Notes: a model not told the origin generated them from the letters alone. DNA of 64,000 nucleotides from Candidatus Latescibacterota bacterium (GCA_965205975.1 OZ242195.1:160001-224000), one strand, 5' to 3'; shown: positions 53,036 through 61,890, counted from the first letter of the stretch. Program-made: numbers and translations.

Positions 53036-54724
53036 ATGGGTGAAAGCCAGGACATCGCGCTCATTGACGAGTTGCGCGGTCTGCCGACAGAAACCGAATG
53101 GTTGGAGTTCAAGCGCAATCGCTATGAATCTGAACAGATTGGAGAATATCTGTCCGCGCTTGCAAATTCGGCCTGCATCGCTTCCAAGACGGCTGGCTAT
53201 CTTGTCTTTGGTATTGACGATGAGACACATGAGGTCGTCGGCACAGATTTTGATCCCTATAATACCAAAGCGAAGGGCAATCAAGACCTGCTGCCCTGGG
53301 TTGGGGCGGGGTTGCATCCGAATGCAGGATTCGAGCCACGTATTGTCAATCATCCGGATGGTCGGGTCGTTGTCTTCGAGGTTGGCCCCGCGAGAGATCA
53401 ACCGGTTAGCTTTTACGGAAAAGCTTATGTCCGCGTAGGTTCCAGCAAGACCGAACTTAGCAAGTATCCCGAGAAGGCTCGCGTGATTTGGACGCGCGGG
53501 AGCGACTGGTCTGCAGAGGTGTGTGAACAGGCGCGGCTTGATGATCTTGACCCCAATGCCCTGGTCAAGGCGCGCGAGCAGTTCGTCATCAAGCATCCGG
53601 CGCAGGCGGATGAGGTCAAGGAGTGGGACGATGCGACGTTTCTCAACAAAGCCCGGGTTCTAAGACAGGGTGCTGTGACGAATACCGCACTGCTGTTGTT
53701 GGGACGGCCGGAATCGTCGGCTCTACTCTCGCCGATGGTGGCTAAAATTTCCTGGATACTCAAGGACGATCACAATATCGAGTTAGATTACGAGCATATT
53801 GGACCGCCGTTCTTGCTTGCAGGGGACCGCCTTCTGAAGCGCGTCCGCAACCTCACTGTGCGCGCCCTGCCGAGTGGGACACTGTTCCCTCAAGAAATTA
53901 CTCAGTACGACCCCTGGGTAATCCGCGAAGCCCTGCACAACAGCATTGCACATCAGGACTATCGTCTGCACGGACGGATTGTTGTCGTCGAATTTCCCGA
54001 CCGCATTTTGCTGACCAATGTCGGGGATTTTCTGCCCGGCGATGTTGAGACGGTCATTCAACAGGACGCCCCCCAGGCTATCTACCGCAATCCATTCCTT
54101 GCTGATGCCATGGTTGAATTGAATCTGATTGATACTCAGGGTGGCGGCATTAAGCGCATGTTCGATACACAGAGGAAGCGTTTCTTTGCGCTTCCTGACT
54201 ACGATTTGACGCGGACAAATAGTGTGGCTGTAAGCATCCACGGCCGCATTCTTGATGAGCGCTATACTCGGCTCCTGATGGAACGAACTGATCTGAACCT
54301 CAGTCAGGTTATGCTTCTTGACCAGATGCAGAAGGGAATGCGTATCAGCCGGGAAGATCATCGCGATCTGAAGGCCAGTGGCCTTGTTGAAGGCCGTTAC
54401 CCTAACTTAATGGTCGCTGAATCGATTGCTAAGGTGACGGATGACACTGACCGTTACCTCATAGAACGCGGATTCGACAAGCAGTACTACCTGGATATGA
54501 TTTTAACCTTGATCCGCGAACATGGTTCGGTCAGTCGCAAAGAGATCGATCAAGCCCTGATTTCGCAGCTTCCTGATCGGCTGACAGAGGAGCAGAAGCG
54601 GTGGAGAGCTCAGAATCTCATACAGGATCTGCGTCGCTCCGGTTTGATCGTCAACCAGGGGACCCGTGCCCAACCTGCCTGGATGCTCTCAGACGCACAT
54701 CAGGGAAGGACATTTCATACATAA
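53036..54724 (+). CDS. Schlafen/AlbA_2 + HATPase_c_4 + wHTH protein, copy 2
   Basis: TETEWLEFK, EYLSALAN, FGIDD, REALHNSIAHQDY, YRNPFLA.AM, DTQGGGI. Confidence 0.88.
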   Translation: MGESQDIALIDELRGLPTETEWLEFKRNRYESEQIGEYLSALANSACIASKTAGYLVFGIDDETHEVVGTDFDPYNTKAKGNQDLLPWVGAGLHPNAGFEPRIVNHPDGRVVVFEVGPARDQPVSFYGKAYVRVGSSKTELSKYPEKARVIWTRGSDWSAEVCEQARLDDLDPNALVKAREQFVIKHPAQADEVKEWDDATFLNKARVLRQGAVTNTALLLLGRPESSALLSPMVAKISWILKDDHNIELDYEHIGPPFLLAGDRLLKRVRNLTVRALPSGTLFPQEITQYDPWVIREALHNSIAHQDYRLHGRIVVVEFPDRILLTNVGDFLPGDVETVIQQDAPQAIYRNPFLADAMVELNLIDTQGGGIKRMFDTQRKRFFALPDYDLTRTNSVAVSIHGRILDERYTRLLMERTDLNLSQVMLLDQMQKGMRISREDHRDLKASGLVEGRYPNLMVAESIAKVTDDTDRYLIERGFDKQYYLDMILTLIREHGSVSRKEIDQALISQLPDRLTEEQKRWRAQNLIQDLRRSGLIVNQGTRAQPAWMLSDAHQGRTFHT

Positions 54725-54917
54725 AAATTAAAGAAAACGAGTCTAAAAAAGGGTAGTATATAAAAGAAGAAATATATAAATATTTGTTTTAAAAAGATTT
54801 GTCCTTTAATAAATTTTAGAATATTTTGAGAGTTTATTAAAGGATTTATTAAAGGATTTAGCAAAGCCGCGTTGTTTTTCAAGCTCTCAATTGACTATGA
54901 GCCTGAATCTTTTAACT

Positions 54918-55086
54918 TTGTTTGACGGTTGTTTGATGGTTGTTTGATGGAAAACCCGAAAAATGATTCAGAAAAGCAGATTCGATTCTGTAACTTATTG
55001 TTATACAAATATTTACTGTTTTGTAATTTGCTTGATGGTTGTTTGATGGAAAACCAAATGATCACTGGCACAACCGAGCACGTTTG
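54918..55086 (+). repeat. ~170-bp direct repeat, copy B
   Basis: Same architecture as copy A, with the same 110-bp offset between the two 11-mer arrays. Confidence 0.9.
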
Positions 55087-55093
55087 ACACCTA

Positions 55094-55122
55094 TTGCACA
55101 GCATCGCGATATTGGATATACT
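55094..55122 (+). promoter_or_regulatory. Sigma70 promoter, copy 2 of promoter type P2
   Basis: TTGCAC-17 bp-TATACT. Confidence 0.7.
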
Positions 55123-55250
55123 CTCACAGACTTGAAGAACCATAGTGAGGCCACGCGAAATAATTTGAGGGTGGAGGTCTTTGAAGGGGCTATGGAAGAA
55201 TTGGGTGATGTGACGATTGTAGCAGAGGTTAATGATAGAGGTTGTAACCC

Positions 55251-56423
55251 ATGAGTAGCCGACGTATGCAAATAACATTGCAGCCTGCTGTGTTGCGGTG
55301 GGCGCGGGAGCGGGCGCGCATTGATGCCGAGCAACTGGCGGATAAGATGCAGGTGAAGCCAGAGCGCGTGTTGGCGTGGGAACGCGATGGCAGGATCAGC
55401 ATTGCCCAGGCAGATAAACTTGCCCAGCGTACGCATACCGCTCTGGGCTTACTATACTTAACAGAGCCGCCCAAAGATCTCTTGCCAATACCCGATTTTC
55501 GTACCCGAGACGATGATCTGCAGCCGAGTGTCAATCTCCTCGATACTATTTATCTGATGCAGCGTCGTCAAGCCTGGATGCGCGACGAGTTAATCGGGGA
55601 GGGTGCACGACCGCTGAACTTCATTGGAAGCTATGAGATAGGTGGCGATCCCCTGCAGGTCGCTCATGCGATGCGCGATGCGCTTCAACTTGCTGACGAT
55701 TGGGCAGCATCTGTATCTACCTGGTCTAATGCACTTGGGTATTTGCGGAGTAGAGCCGAGGATGCCGGTGTGCTGGTGGTTTTCAATGGTGTGGTGGAAA
55801 ATAATACAAGCCGCAAACTCGATCCGGATGAATTTCAGGGTTTTGCTCTCGTAGATGAGTATGCCCCATTGGTCTTTGTGAACAATGCCGACTTCAAAGC
55901 CGCGCAGATGTTCACCCTGGCTCACGAACTCGCACATCTTTTTGTTGGAGAGACTGGGGTGTCCAGTTTTGAACATCTAAAGTTCGATTCTAATACCACA
56001 GAGAGATTTTGTGACCAGGTATCGGCGGAGTTTTTAGTGCCGGCAGCAGAGTTGCGAGCCTTCTGGCCTACAACTACGAGGGCAAGTGATCCGTATCAGT
56101 CTATTGCACACCAGTTTAAAGTAAGCTCTCTCGTAGCCGCACGCCGAGCACGCGATCTCGGCTTGATTCAACCGATTGCCTTTTTCAAATTCTATGACGA
56201 ATATATGGAGAGGGAATGGCATAGTAGCCAGCAGACTCAAGCAAGTGGTGGAAATTTCTGGAATACTCAGAAATGGCGCATCGGCACCCGCTTTGGCACG
56301 GCAATCTTCCGTGCAGTGAAGGAGGGTCGTCTGCTCTATCGCGAGGCGTATAATCTCACCGGTCTTAAGGGGGAAACTTTTGAAAATATGCGAGAAAAGA
56401 TGGGGATACTGCCCGGTACTTGA
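55251..56423 (+). CDS. XRE-HTH + ImmA/IrrE-family Zn metallopeptidase
   Basis: LRWARER HTH, PDFRT, EF.GFAL, FTLAHELAH (HExxH), ERFCDQVSAEFL.P. Confidence 0.9.
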   Translation: MSSRRMQITLQPAVLRWARERARIDAEQLADKMQVKPERVLAWERDGRISIAQADKLAQRTHTALGLLYLTEPPKDLLPIPDFRTRDDDLQPSVNLLDTIYLMQRRQAWMRDELIGEGARPLNFIGSYEIGGDPLQVAHAMRDALQLADDWAASVSTWSNALGYLRSRAEDAGVLVVFNGVVENNTSRKLDPDEFQGFALVDEYAPLVFVNNADFKAAQMFTLAHELAHLFVGETGVSSFEHLKFDSNTTERFCDQVSAEFLVPAAELRAFWPTTTRASDPYQSIAHQFKVSSLVAARRARDLGLIQPIAFFKFYDEYMEREWHSSQQTQASGGNFWNTQKWRIGTRFGTAIFRAVKEGRLLYREAYNLTGLKGETFENMREKMGILPGT

Positions 56424-56596
56424 CTGTTACTTGACTGGTAACTGGCGATGCGAGATCATATTTCTTATAACTTATTGAATATACGACGTTTGCTTTATTT
56501 GACTGTTATTTGACTGACAATCGACAATATGAGATCGCATTTTTCATAAATTATTGAAAATGAGACATTTATTTTATTTGACTGTTATTTGACTGA
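56420..56596 (+). repeat. 79-bp-period tandem array of TTGACTGTTAY-TTGACTG pairs (56420, 56499, 56578)
   Basis: Three 18-bp cores. The two intervening segments resemble each other (GAGATC...ATAAMTTATTGAA). Confidence 0.85.
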
Positions 56597-56615
56597 AAAG
56601 CGTTTGGAACGATAT

Positions 56616-56676
56616 ATTTCCGTGCCCAAAAGCAACCCGATGCGAGAGAGTAAGGTATGAAGAGTCCGGATACTGA
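56616..56676 (+). pseudogene. 3' remnant of a BrnT-like toxin gene
   Basis: Reads ...KATRCERVRYEESGY* and overlaps the ATG at 56657. Compare RIISARKASRKER in the intact brnT. Confidence 0.55.
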
Positions 56677-59600
56677 ACCAACGCAATCTCAAAAAGAAGA
56701 GTTGGATGCGCTTGCGGCTCTGTCCGATGACGAGATAGATACTTCTGAGATTCCGGAGGTTCTTGAGGGGGCAAATTCTGTACGCGGGCTGTTTCATAAG
56801 TCCGCCAGCGAGCGGAGCAAGGCGATAGGTGAACTCAGAGGCAAACGCCCGTCGGTTACGGATACCTCTGAACTCGGTTTGGAAGATCGCATTTGCGAGG
56901 TGCTGGCTGGTAGGGGGGGTAAATCGGATACGGGTGATGTAGGGGAGCGTCCGGCTGCCTATAGCGCGGGTTGGCGTTATGGGGAGCGCGAGGATTACGA
57001 CCGCGAGTATTGTGTGGATCTGGCGCAGTTGACTGCTTTTCTGGTGGCGACGCAGCCGAAGGTTGCTGACGCGCTGTCTCTGGAGAGTGATAATCCGACG
57101 CGACGCCGGTTTCTCGCCCGGTTGAAGAGTGAGGTTGGCAGGCGCGGTATTGTGGATGCGCTTCGCAATGGTGTTAAGCACGGACCGCATGATATTACGC
57201 TTTTTTATGGTGCGCCATCGCCGGGCAACCGACGGGCAGCGATGCTTTACGAGCAGAATCTTTTTTCGGTTACGCGCCAGTTGTCGTATAGCAATGCCAA
57301 TAAGCGGCTTGCACTTGATCTCGCGCTGTTTATCAATGGTCTGCCAGTGGCGACTTTTGAGTTGAAAAATAGTCTTACGAAGCAGACGGTGGCAGATGCG
57401 GTTGAGCAATACAAACGCGACCGCGATCCGAGGGAGGAACTTTTCCGCATTGGTCGTTGTTTGGCTCACTTTGCTGTGGATGAACACGAGGTAATGTTTT
57501 GTACGCATCTCAGGGGCAAGTCGTCCTGGTTTCTGCCTTTTAATAGGGGTTGGAATGATGGTGCGGGTAATCCGCCTAATCCCAATGGTCTTAAGACCGA
57601 TTATTTGTGGCAGGAGGTTCTGACCCGGCAGAGTTTGACGGATATTATCGAGAATTACGCTCTGCTGGTGGAGTCTGCTGACGTGCAGACCGGACGCAAG
57701 GCGCGGACGCAAATCTGGCCTCGCTATCACCAGTTGGATGTGGTGCGGAAATTGCTGGCTGATGCTGTAGAGAGGGGGGCGGGGCAGCGCTATCTCATTC
57801 AGCATTCGGCGGGTAGTGGGAAGTCCAATTCTATCGCCTGGTTGGCGCACCGCCTGATTGGGTTGGAAAAGGGCGGTGAGACGGTTTTTGATTCGATTAT
57901 TGTTGTGACTGATCGGATTATTCTGGATCGGCAGATCAACGATACGATTCGGCAGTTCGCGCAGGTGGGGGCGACTGTTGGGCACGCCGAAAGATCTGGC
58001 GATTTGCGGCGCTTTATTGTTGAGGGAAAGAAAATCATTATCTCTACTGTGCAGAAGTTTCCGTTTATCCTGGATGAGATTGGTACAGAACATCGGGGGA
58101 ATCGCTTTGCGATTATCATTGATGAAGCGCATTCCAGTCAGGGTGGGCGTACGTCTTCGGCGATGGCGCAGGCATTGGGCGATCATGAGGACGGAGATGA
58201 AGAAGATACTTTTGAAGATCAGATTAACCGGATTATTGAGCAGAAGCGTCTGTTGACCAATGCGAGCTATTTTGCCTTTACTGCCACGCCGAAGAATAAG
58301 ACGCTTGAGTTATTTGGCACGCCAGTGCCGCAGCCCGATGGCACGACAAAGCATCGGTCCTTCCACGGCTATGCGATGAAACAGGCGATTGAGGAGGGGT
58401 TTATTCTGGATGTGCTGGGTAATTATACGCCGGTAAAGAGCTACTACCATCTCGCGAAGACGGTAACGGATGATCCGGAATTTGATACAATAAAGGCGAA
58501 GAAGAAACTCATCCGCTATGTGGAAACGCACAGTCATGCGATTCGTCTCAAAGCGGAGATTATGGTTGACCATTTCCACGAGCAGGTGCTGGCACCGCGC
58601 AAAATTGGCGGACAGGCGCGGGCGATGGTCGTAACGGGTGGTATTCAGATGGCGATTACCTACTATCACGCCATTCGCAATTACCTGAATGAGCGCAATA
58701 GCCCGCACAAAGCTATTGTCGCTTTTTCTGGTGAGGTGGATTACGGTGGTGAGAGGGTGAGTGAGGCGTCGTTGAACGGTTTTCCGTCATCGCAAATTGC
58801 CAGTAAGATTCAGGAAGATCCCTATCGGTTGCTGGTCTGTGCGGATAAGTTCCAGACGGGGTATGATGAGCCTTTATTGCATGTGATGTACGTGGATAAG
58901 GTGCTTTCTGGCATTAAGGCCGTGCAAACGCTCTCTCGTCTCAACCGCGCCCATCCGGATAAGCGCGATACGTTTGTGCTGGATTTCTACAATGACGCTG
59001 ACATGATAAAGGACGCTTTTGCTGATTACTACCGCACGACTATTTTGGCGGATGAAACCGATCCCAACAAGTTGCACGATCTCAAGGCCGCGCTGGATGG
59101 CCGGCAGGTTTATTCCGATGAGCAAGTCCGCGCTCTGGTGGCGTCGTATTTGAAGGGCGATGACCGCAGTGCTCTTGATCCCATTCTGGACGCGTGTGTG
59201 GCGATTTATCGCAGTGAACTGGATGAGGATGGGCAGGTTGAGTTTAAGGGCAATGCCAAAGCCTTTGTGCGCGCATACAACTTCTTGTCTCAGGTGCTTC
59301 CCTACGCGAATGTGGATTGGGAGAAGCTTTCCATTTTTCTGAATTTTCTCGTTCCCAAGTTGCCGACGCCCGCTACTGAAGATTTGTCGGTGGGTATTGA
59401 GGGTGCTATTGATATGGATAGCTATCGCGCCGAGAAACAGGCGACGATGCAAATTCTGCTGTCCGATGAGGATGCCGAGATCGAGCCGGTGCCCACGGGT
59501 GGTGGCGGTCATAAGCCAGAGCCGGAAATGGACCGGCTTTCCAATATTCTCCGGTCGTTCAACGATCTTTTTGGCGATATTCCGTGGACCAATGAAGACC

Positions 59601-59836
59601 GCATTCGCAGGATGATTACCGAGGATGTTCCGAAGATGGTTGATGAGGATAGTGCTTATCGCAATGCGCGGGAACATTCAGATGAGCAGAATACGCGCAT
59701 TGAACACGATAAGGCGCTGGAGAAGGCGATTATGGCTCTGCTCTCTGACGATACGGAACTTTACAAGCAGTATTCCCAGAATGAAGCGTTTAAGCGCTGG
59801 CTGGAGAATAGCGTGTTTGAACTGACCAATCGCTAA
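56657..59836 (+). CDS. hsdR: Type I RM restriction subunit with a BrnA-like N-terminal extension
   Basis: D...F.NG.P..TFELKN nuclease motif, QHSAGSGKS, DEAH, FTATP, QTLSRLNR. About 66 extra residues precede TDTSE.GLE. Confidence 0.95.
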   Translation: MKSPDTEPTQSQKEELDALAALSDDEIDTSEIPEVLEGANSVRGLFHKSASERSKAIGELRGKRPSVTDTSELGLEDRICEVLAGRGGKSDTGDVGERPAAYSAGWRYGEREDYDREYCVDLAQLTAFLVATQPKVADALSLESDNPTRRRFLARLKSEVGRRGIVDALRNGVKHGPHDITLFYGAPSPGNRRAAMLYEQNLFSVTRQLSYSNANKRLALDLALFINGLPVATFELKNSLTKQTVADAVEQYKRDRDPREELFRIGRCLAHFAVDEHEVMFCTHLRGKSSWFLPFNRGWNDGAGNPPNPNGLKTDYLWQEVLTRQSLTDIIENYALLVESADVQTGRKARTQIWPRYHQLDVVRKLLADAVERGAGQRYLIQHSAGSGKSNSIAWLAHRLIGLEKGGETVFDSIIVVTDRIILDRQINDTIRQFAQVGATVGHAERSGDLRRFIVEGKKIIISTVQKFPFILDEIGTEHRGNRFAIIIDEAHSSQGGRTSSAMAQALGDHEDGDEEDTFEDQINRIIEQKRLLTNASYFAFTATPKNKTLELFGTPVPQPDGTTKHRSFHGYAMKQAIEEGFILDVLGNYTPVKSYYHLAKTVTDDPEFDTIKAKKKLIRYVETHSHAIRLKAEIMVDHFHEQVLAPRKIGGQARAMVVTGGIQMAITYYHAIRNYLNERNSPHKAIVAFSGEVDYGGERVSEASLNGFPSSQIASKIQEDPYRLLVCADKFQTGYDEPLLHVMYVDKVLSGIKAVQTLSRLNRAHPDKRDTFVLDFYNDADMIKDAFADYYRTTILADETDPNKLHDLKAALDGRQVYSDEQVRALVASYLKGDDRSALDPILDACVAIYRSELDEDGQVEFKGNAKAFVRAYNFLSQVLPYANVDWEKLSIFLNFLVPKLPTPATEDLSVGIEGAIDMDSYRAEKQATMQILLSDEDAEIEPVPTGGGGHKPEPEMDRLSNILRSFNDLFGDIPWTNEDRIRRMITEDVPKMVDEDSAYRNAREHSDEQNTRIEHDKALEKAIMALLSDDTELYKQYSQNEAFKRWLENSVFELTNR

Positions 59837-59896
59837 CGTCAGGTACGTTGCGTAGCAAAAAACAGCCCGTCCAAAAAGTTGGATGGGCTATTTTTT
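59799..59896 (+). repeat. hsdR 3' end + terminator, duplicated at 61909-61994
   Basis: GGCTG.A.A.TAGC.TGTTTGAACT...CAGGTAC...GCGTA..AAAAAACAGCCCGTCC...TGGATGGGCTATTTTTT in both copies. Confidence 0.8.
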
Positions 59897-59906
59897 ATTC
59901 TCAGTC

Positions 59907-59935
59907 TTGAATATGTGGATAAAGTTGGCTATACT
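59907..59935 (+). promoter_or_regulatory. Sigma70 promoter, copy 2 of promoter type P1
   Basis: TTGAAT-17 bp-TATACT. Shares TAAAGTT.GCTATACTAAAT with the copy at 48264. Confidence 0.7.
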
Positions 59936-60018
59936 AAATGCGGCATTGAACATGCGTTCTCCGAGTGTCTGGGCGGGAGTAATGGGCTATTGAGCCAAAT
60001 TATCACAGGCGATTTATA

Positions 60019-61890
60019 ATGGCAGAACTACGATTCGACATCACGCCGTTTCTGGATCAAGACGAAGGCCAGCACTTTGATCGCAAGTCGTTGTATGAGG
60101 GAGAAGATGGTGCCAAACGGTCACGTAACCGCCGCGTCGTACGGGATCAGGTTGCGGAATATGTGGCGGGCTTTGCCAATGCCGAAGGTGGCGTGCTTGT
60201 CCTGGGCATAGAGGATGACCGCACCATTACTGGACACCAGCTTCCTCAGGATGCCTTGAACAGTATCCTGAAGACCCCGAGCACTCGCTTGAAGCCCGTA
60301 CAGCCCGATGGCTTTGTTATGAATGTTCAAGGGTGCGAACTGATTGTTTTTGATGTGCCAGCTTCAGATGTTCCCGTTCAGGTAATCGGGGATGGCTTCC
60401 CGCTGCGAATGGGCGACCAGACAGTGCAATCCAGCGAGAGCCAAATCAATACGCTCAAGTTTGAAGGTATGGCGGAGAGTTGGGAAAGCCGACGATCATC
60501 AATGACTTTGGCTGATCTGGATGAACGACTGTTAGAACGCGCAAAACAAGGGGCGGGCTTATCCGCTTTGACTGATGAAGAATATTTGCTCAAGCGCAAA
60601 TTGGCTGATCGCCGAGGGCGAGGAATCGTGCTTCGAAATGCTGCGGCGTTGCTCTTTGCCCGTTATGGTCCGGACCATCCCAATGCTGGCGTTCGTCTAT
60701 TTCGTGTTATCGGCACCGAGCGCTATACCGGCCCCGAACACAATGTCGAAGAACGCCCGCGCTGCGAAGGCAACTTGCCTGCGGTCATATCGGAAATCCG
60801 CACGGTTATCAGCAGTCTGTTGCGACGCCCTATGCGGCTCGTGGGGAGTCGCTTTCAGGAATCCGCCGAATACCCGGATTTCGCATGGCTGGAGGCGTTG
60901 CTTAATGCCATTGCACACCGCGATTACAGGATTGAAGGCACCTGCATAGAGGTCTGGTTATTCGATGATCGCATGGAAGTGGTCAGCCCGGGCGGACTGG
61001 TCGGCAATTTGACCACAGAAGCGTTGCTCACGCTCAAGCGCGTCCATCACAGCCGCAATCCCCGCCTGATCCGGGTGCTTGTAGATCTCGGTCTCGCACG
61101 CGACCAGGGCGAGGGTATCCCTCGGATGTTTGCAGAGATGGAAGACGCTTTTTTGCCAAGGCCAGATATAGATGCGACCAACCGTAGCGTCACGGTCACG
61201 CTTCGGAACACGCTTACTCTGAACGCCAGTGATAGAGAATTTATCTCGGCACTCGGTGATATTGAGCTTTCTCGCAATGAGTTTCGGGCATTGCTTTACA
61301 CTTATCGTCATGATCAGATAGACAATGCCAGGCTGCGTGCTTTATCCGGTCTTGATACCTTGAGTGCCAGTTATCTTTTACGCGGTCTCCGCGACCGAGA
61401 TTTGCTAAAACTTTATTCTCATGGTCCCAACAGCTACTATACATTGACTTCTGTACTGACATCGCAAGTTGGGAAGTACAAATCAGAAACTGGAGAGTCC
61501 AGAACAAATGATGGAAAGTTCCACACGGATGGGAGGGAGTTCAGTGCGGATACCGGGGAGTTCAGTGCGGATACCGGGGAGTTCAGTGCGGATACCGGGG
61601 AGTTCAGTGCGGATACCGGGGAGCTTCCTGATGACATCAAGGCCGCTATTGATCGACTTGGTCGGCGACCGCGTCGAGAAAATCTACGCCCTGTCATTCG
61701 CGCGATATGCGATCAAGGGAGATGGGTAACTGCCGCTACACTCGCCCGCTACCTGAGCTTAAAACAAGAGAATCTAATAGCAGGGCATCTCGGGGAAATG
61801 GTGCAAAGTAAAGAACTTGAGCGACGCTTTCCGGATAAGCCCAACCATCCTCGTCAAGCTTACCGAGCTGTTGCTTCCCAACGCCCGTAG
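60019..61890 (+). CDS. Schlafen/AlbA_2 + HATPase_c_4 + wHTH protein, copy 3, with a VNTR linker
   Basis: DEGQHFDRK, GFANAEGG.L.LGI.DD, EALLNAIAHRDY, DDRMEV.SPGG, SRNP, GEGI, PDKPNHP.QAY. Confidence 0.88.
   Translation: MAELRFDITPFLDQDEGQHFDRKSLYEGEDGAKRSRNRRVVRDQVAEYVAGFANAEGGVLVLGIEDDRTITGHQLPQDALNSILKTPSTRLKPVQPDGFVMNVQGCELIVFDVPASDVPVQVIGDGFPLRMGDQTVQSSESQINTLKFEGMAESWESRRSSMTLADLDERLLERAKQGAGLSALTDEEYLLKRKLADRRGRGIVLRNAAALLFARYGPDHPNAGVRLFRVIGTERYTGPEHNVEERPRCEGNLPAVISEIRTVISSLLRRPMRLVGSRFQESAEYPDFAWLEALLNAIAHRDYRIEGTCIEVWLFDDRMEVVSPGGLVGNLTTEALLTLKRVHHSRNPRLIRVLVDLGLARDQGEGIPRMFAEMEDAFLPRPDIDATNRSVTVTLRNTLTLNASDREFISALGDIELSRNEFRALLYTYRHDQIDNARLRALSGLDTLSASYLLRGLRDRDLLKLYSHGPNSYYTLTSVLTSQVGKYKSETGESRTNDGKFHTDGREFSADTGEFSADTGEFSADTGEFSADTGELPDDIKAAIDRLGRRPRRENLRPVIRAICDQGRWVTAATLARYLSLKQENLIAGHLGEMVQSKELERRFPDKPNHPRQAYRAVASQRP
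61535..61623 (+). repeat. In-frame 21-bp VNTR (GGGAGTTCAGTGCGGATACCG)x4 encoding EFSADTG
   Basis: Four perfect units plus a partial unit, with about three degenerate units immediately upstream. Confidence 0.95.

Noticed and set aside
55160..55250. Possible antitoxin relic (RSLKGLWK...) upstream of the ImmA/IrrE gene
   Set aside because: Too short and frameshifted to assign by eye. It needs a profile search.
56420..56596. CRISPR-like array (three 18-bp repeats with ~61-bp spacers)
   Set aside because: The spacers resemble each other, the repeats are short and non-palindromic, and there are no cas genes. Treated as a tandem module.
56585..58186. 533-aa minus-strand ORF
   Set aside because: Antisense to hsdR with no recognisable motifs. 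The same applies to 47107-48159 (hsdM), 44958-46055 (mdh) and 29099-29923 (ahcY).
61535..61623. CRISPR array
   Set aside because: The units are contiguous with no spacers and lie in frame inside a CDS.
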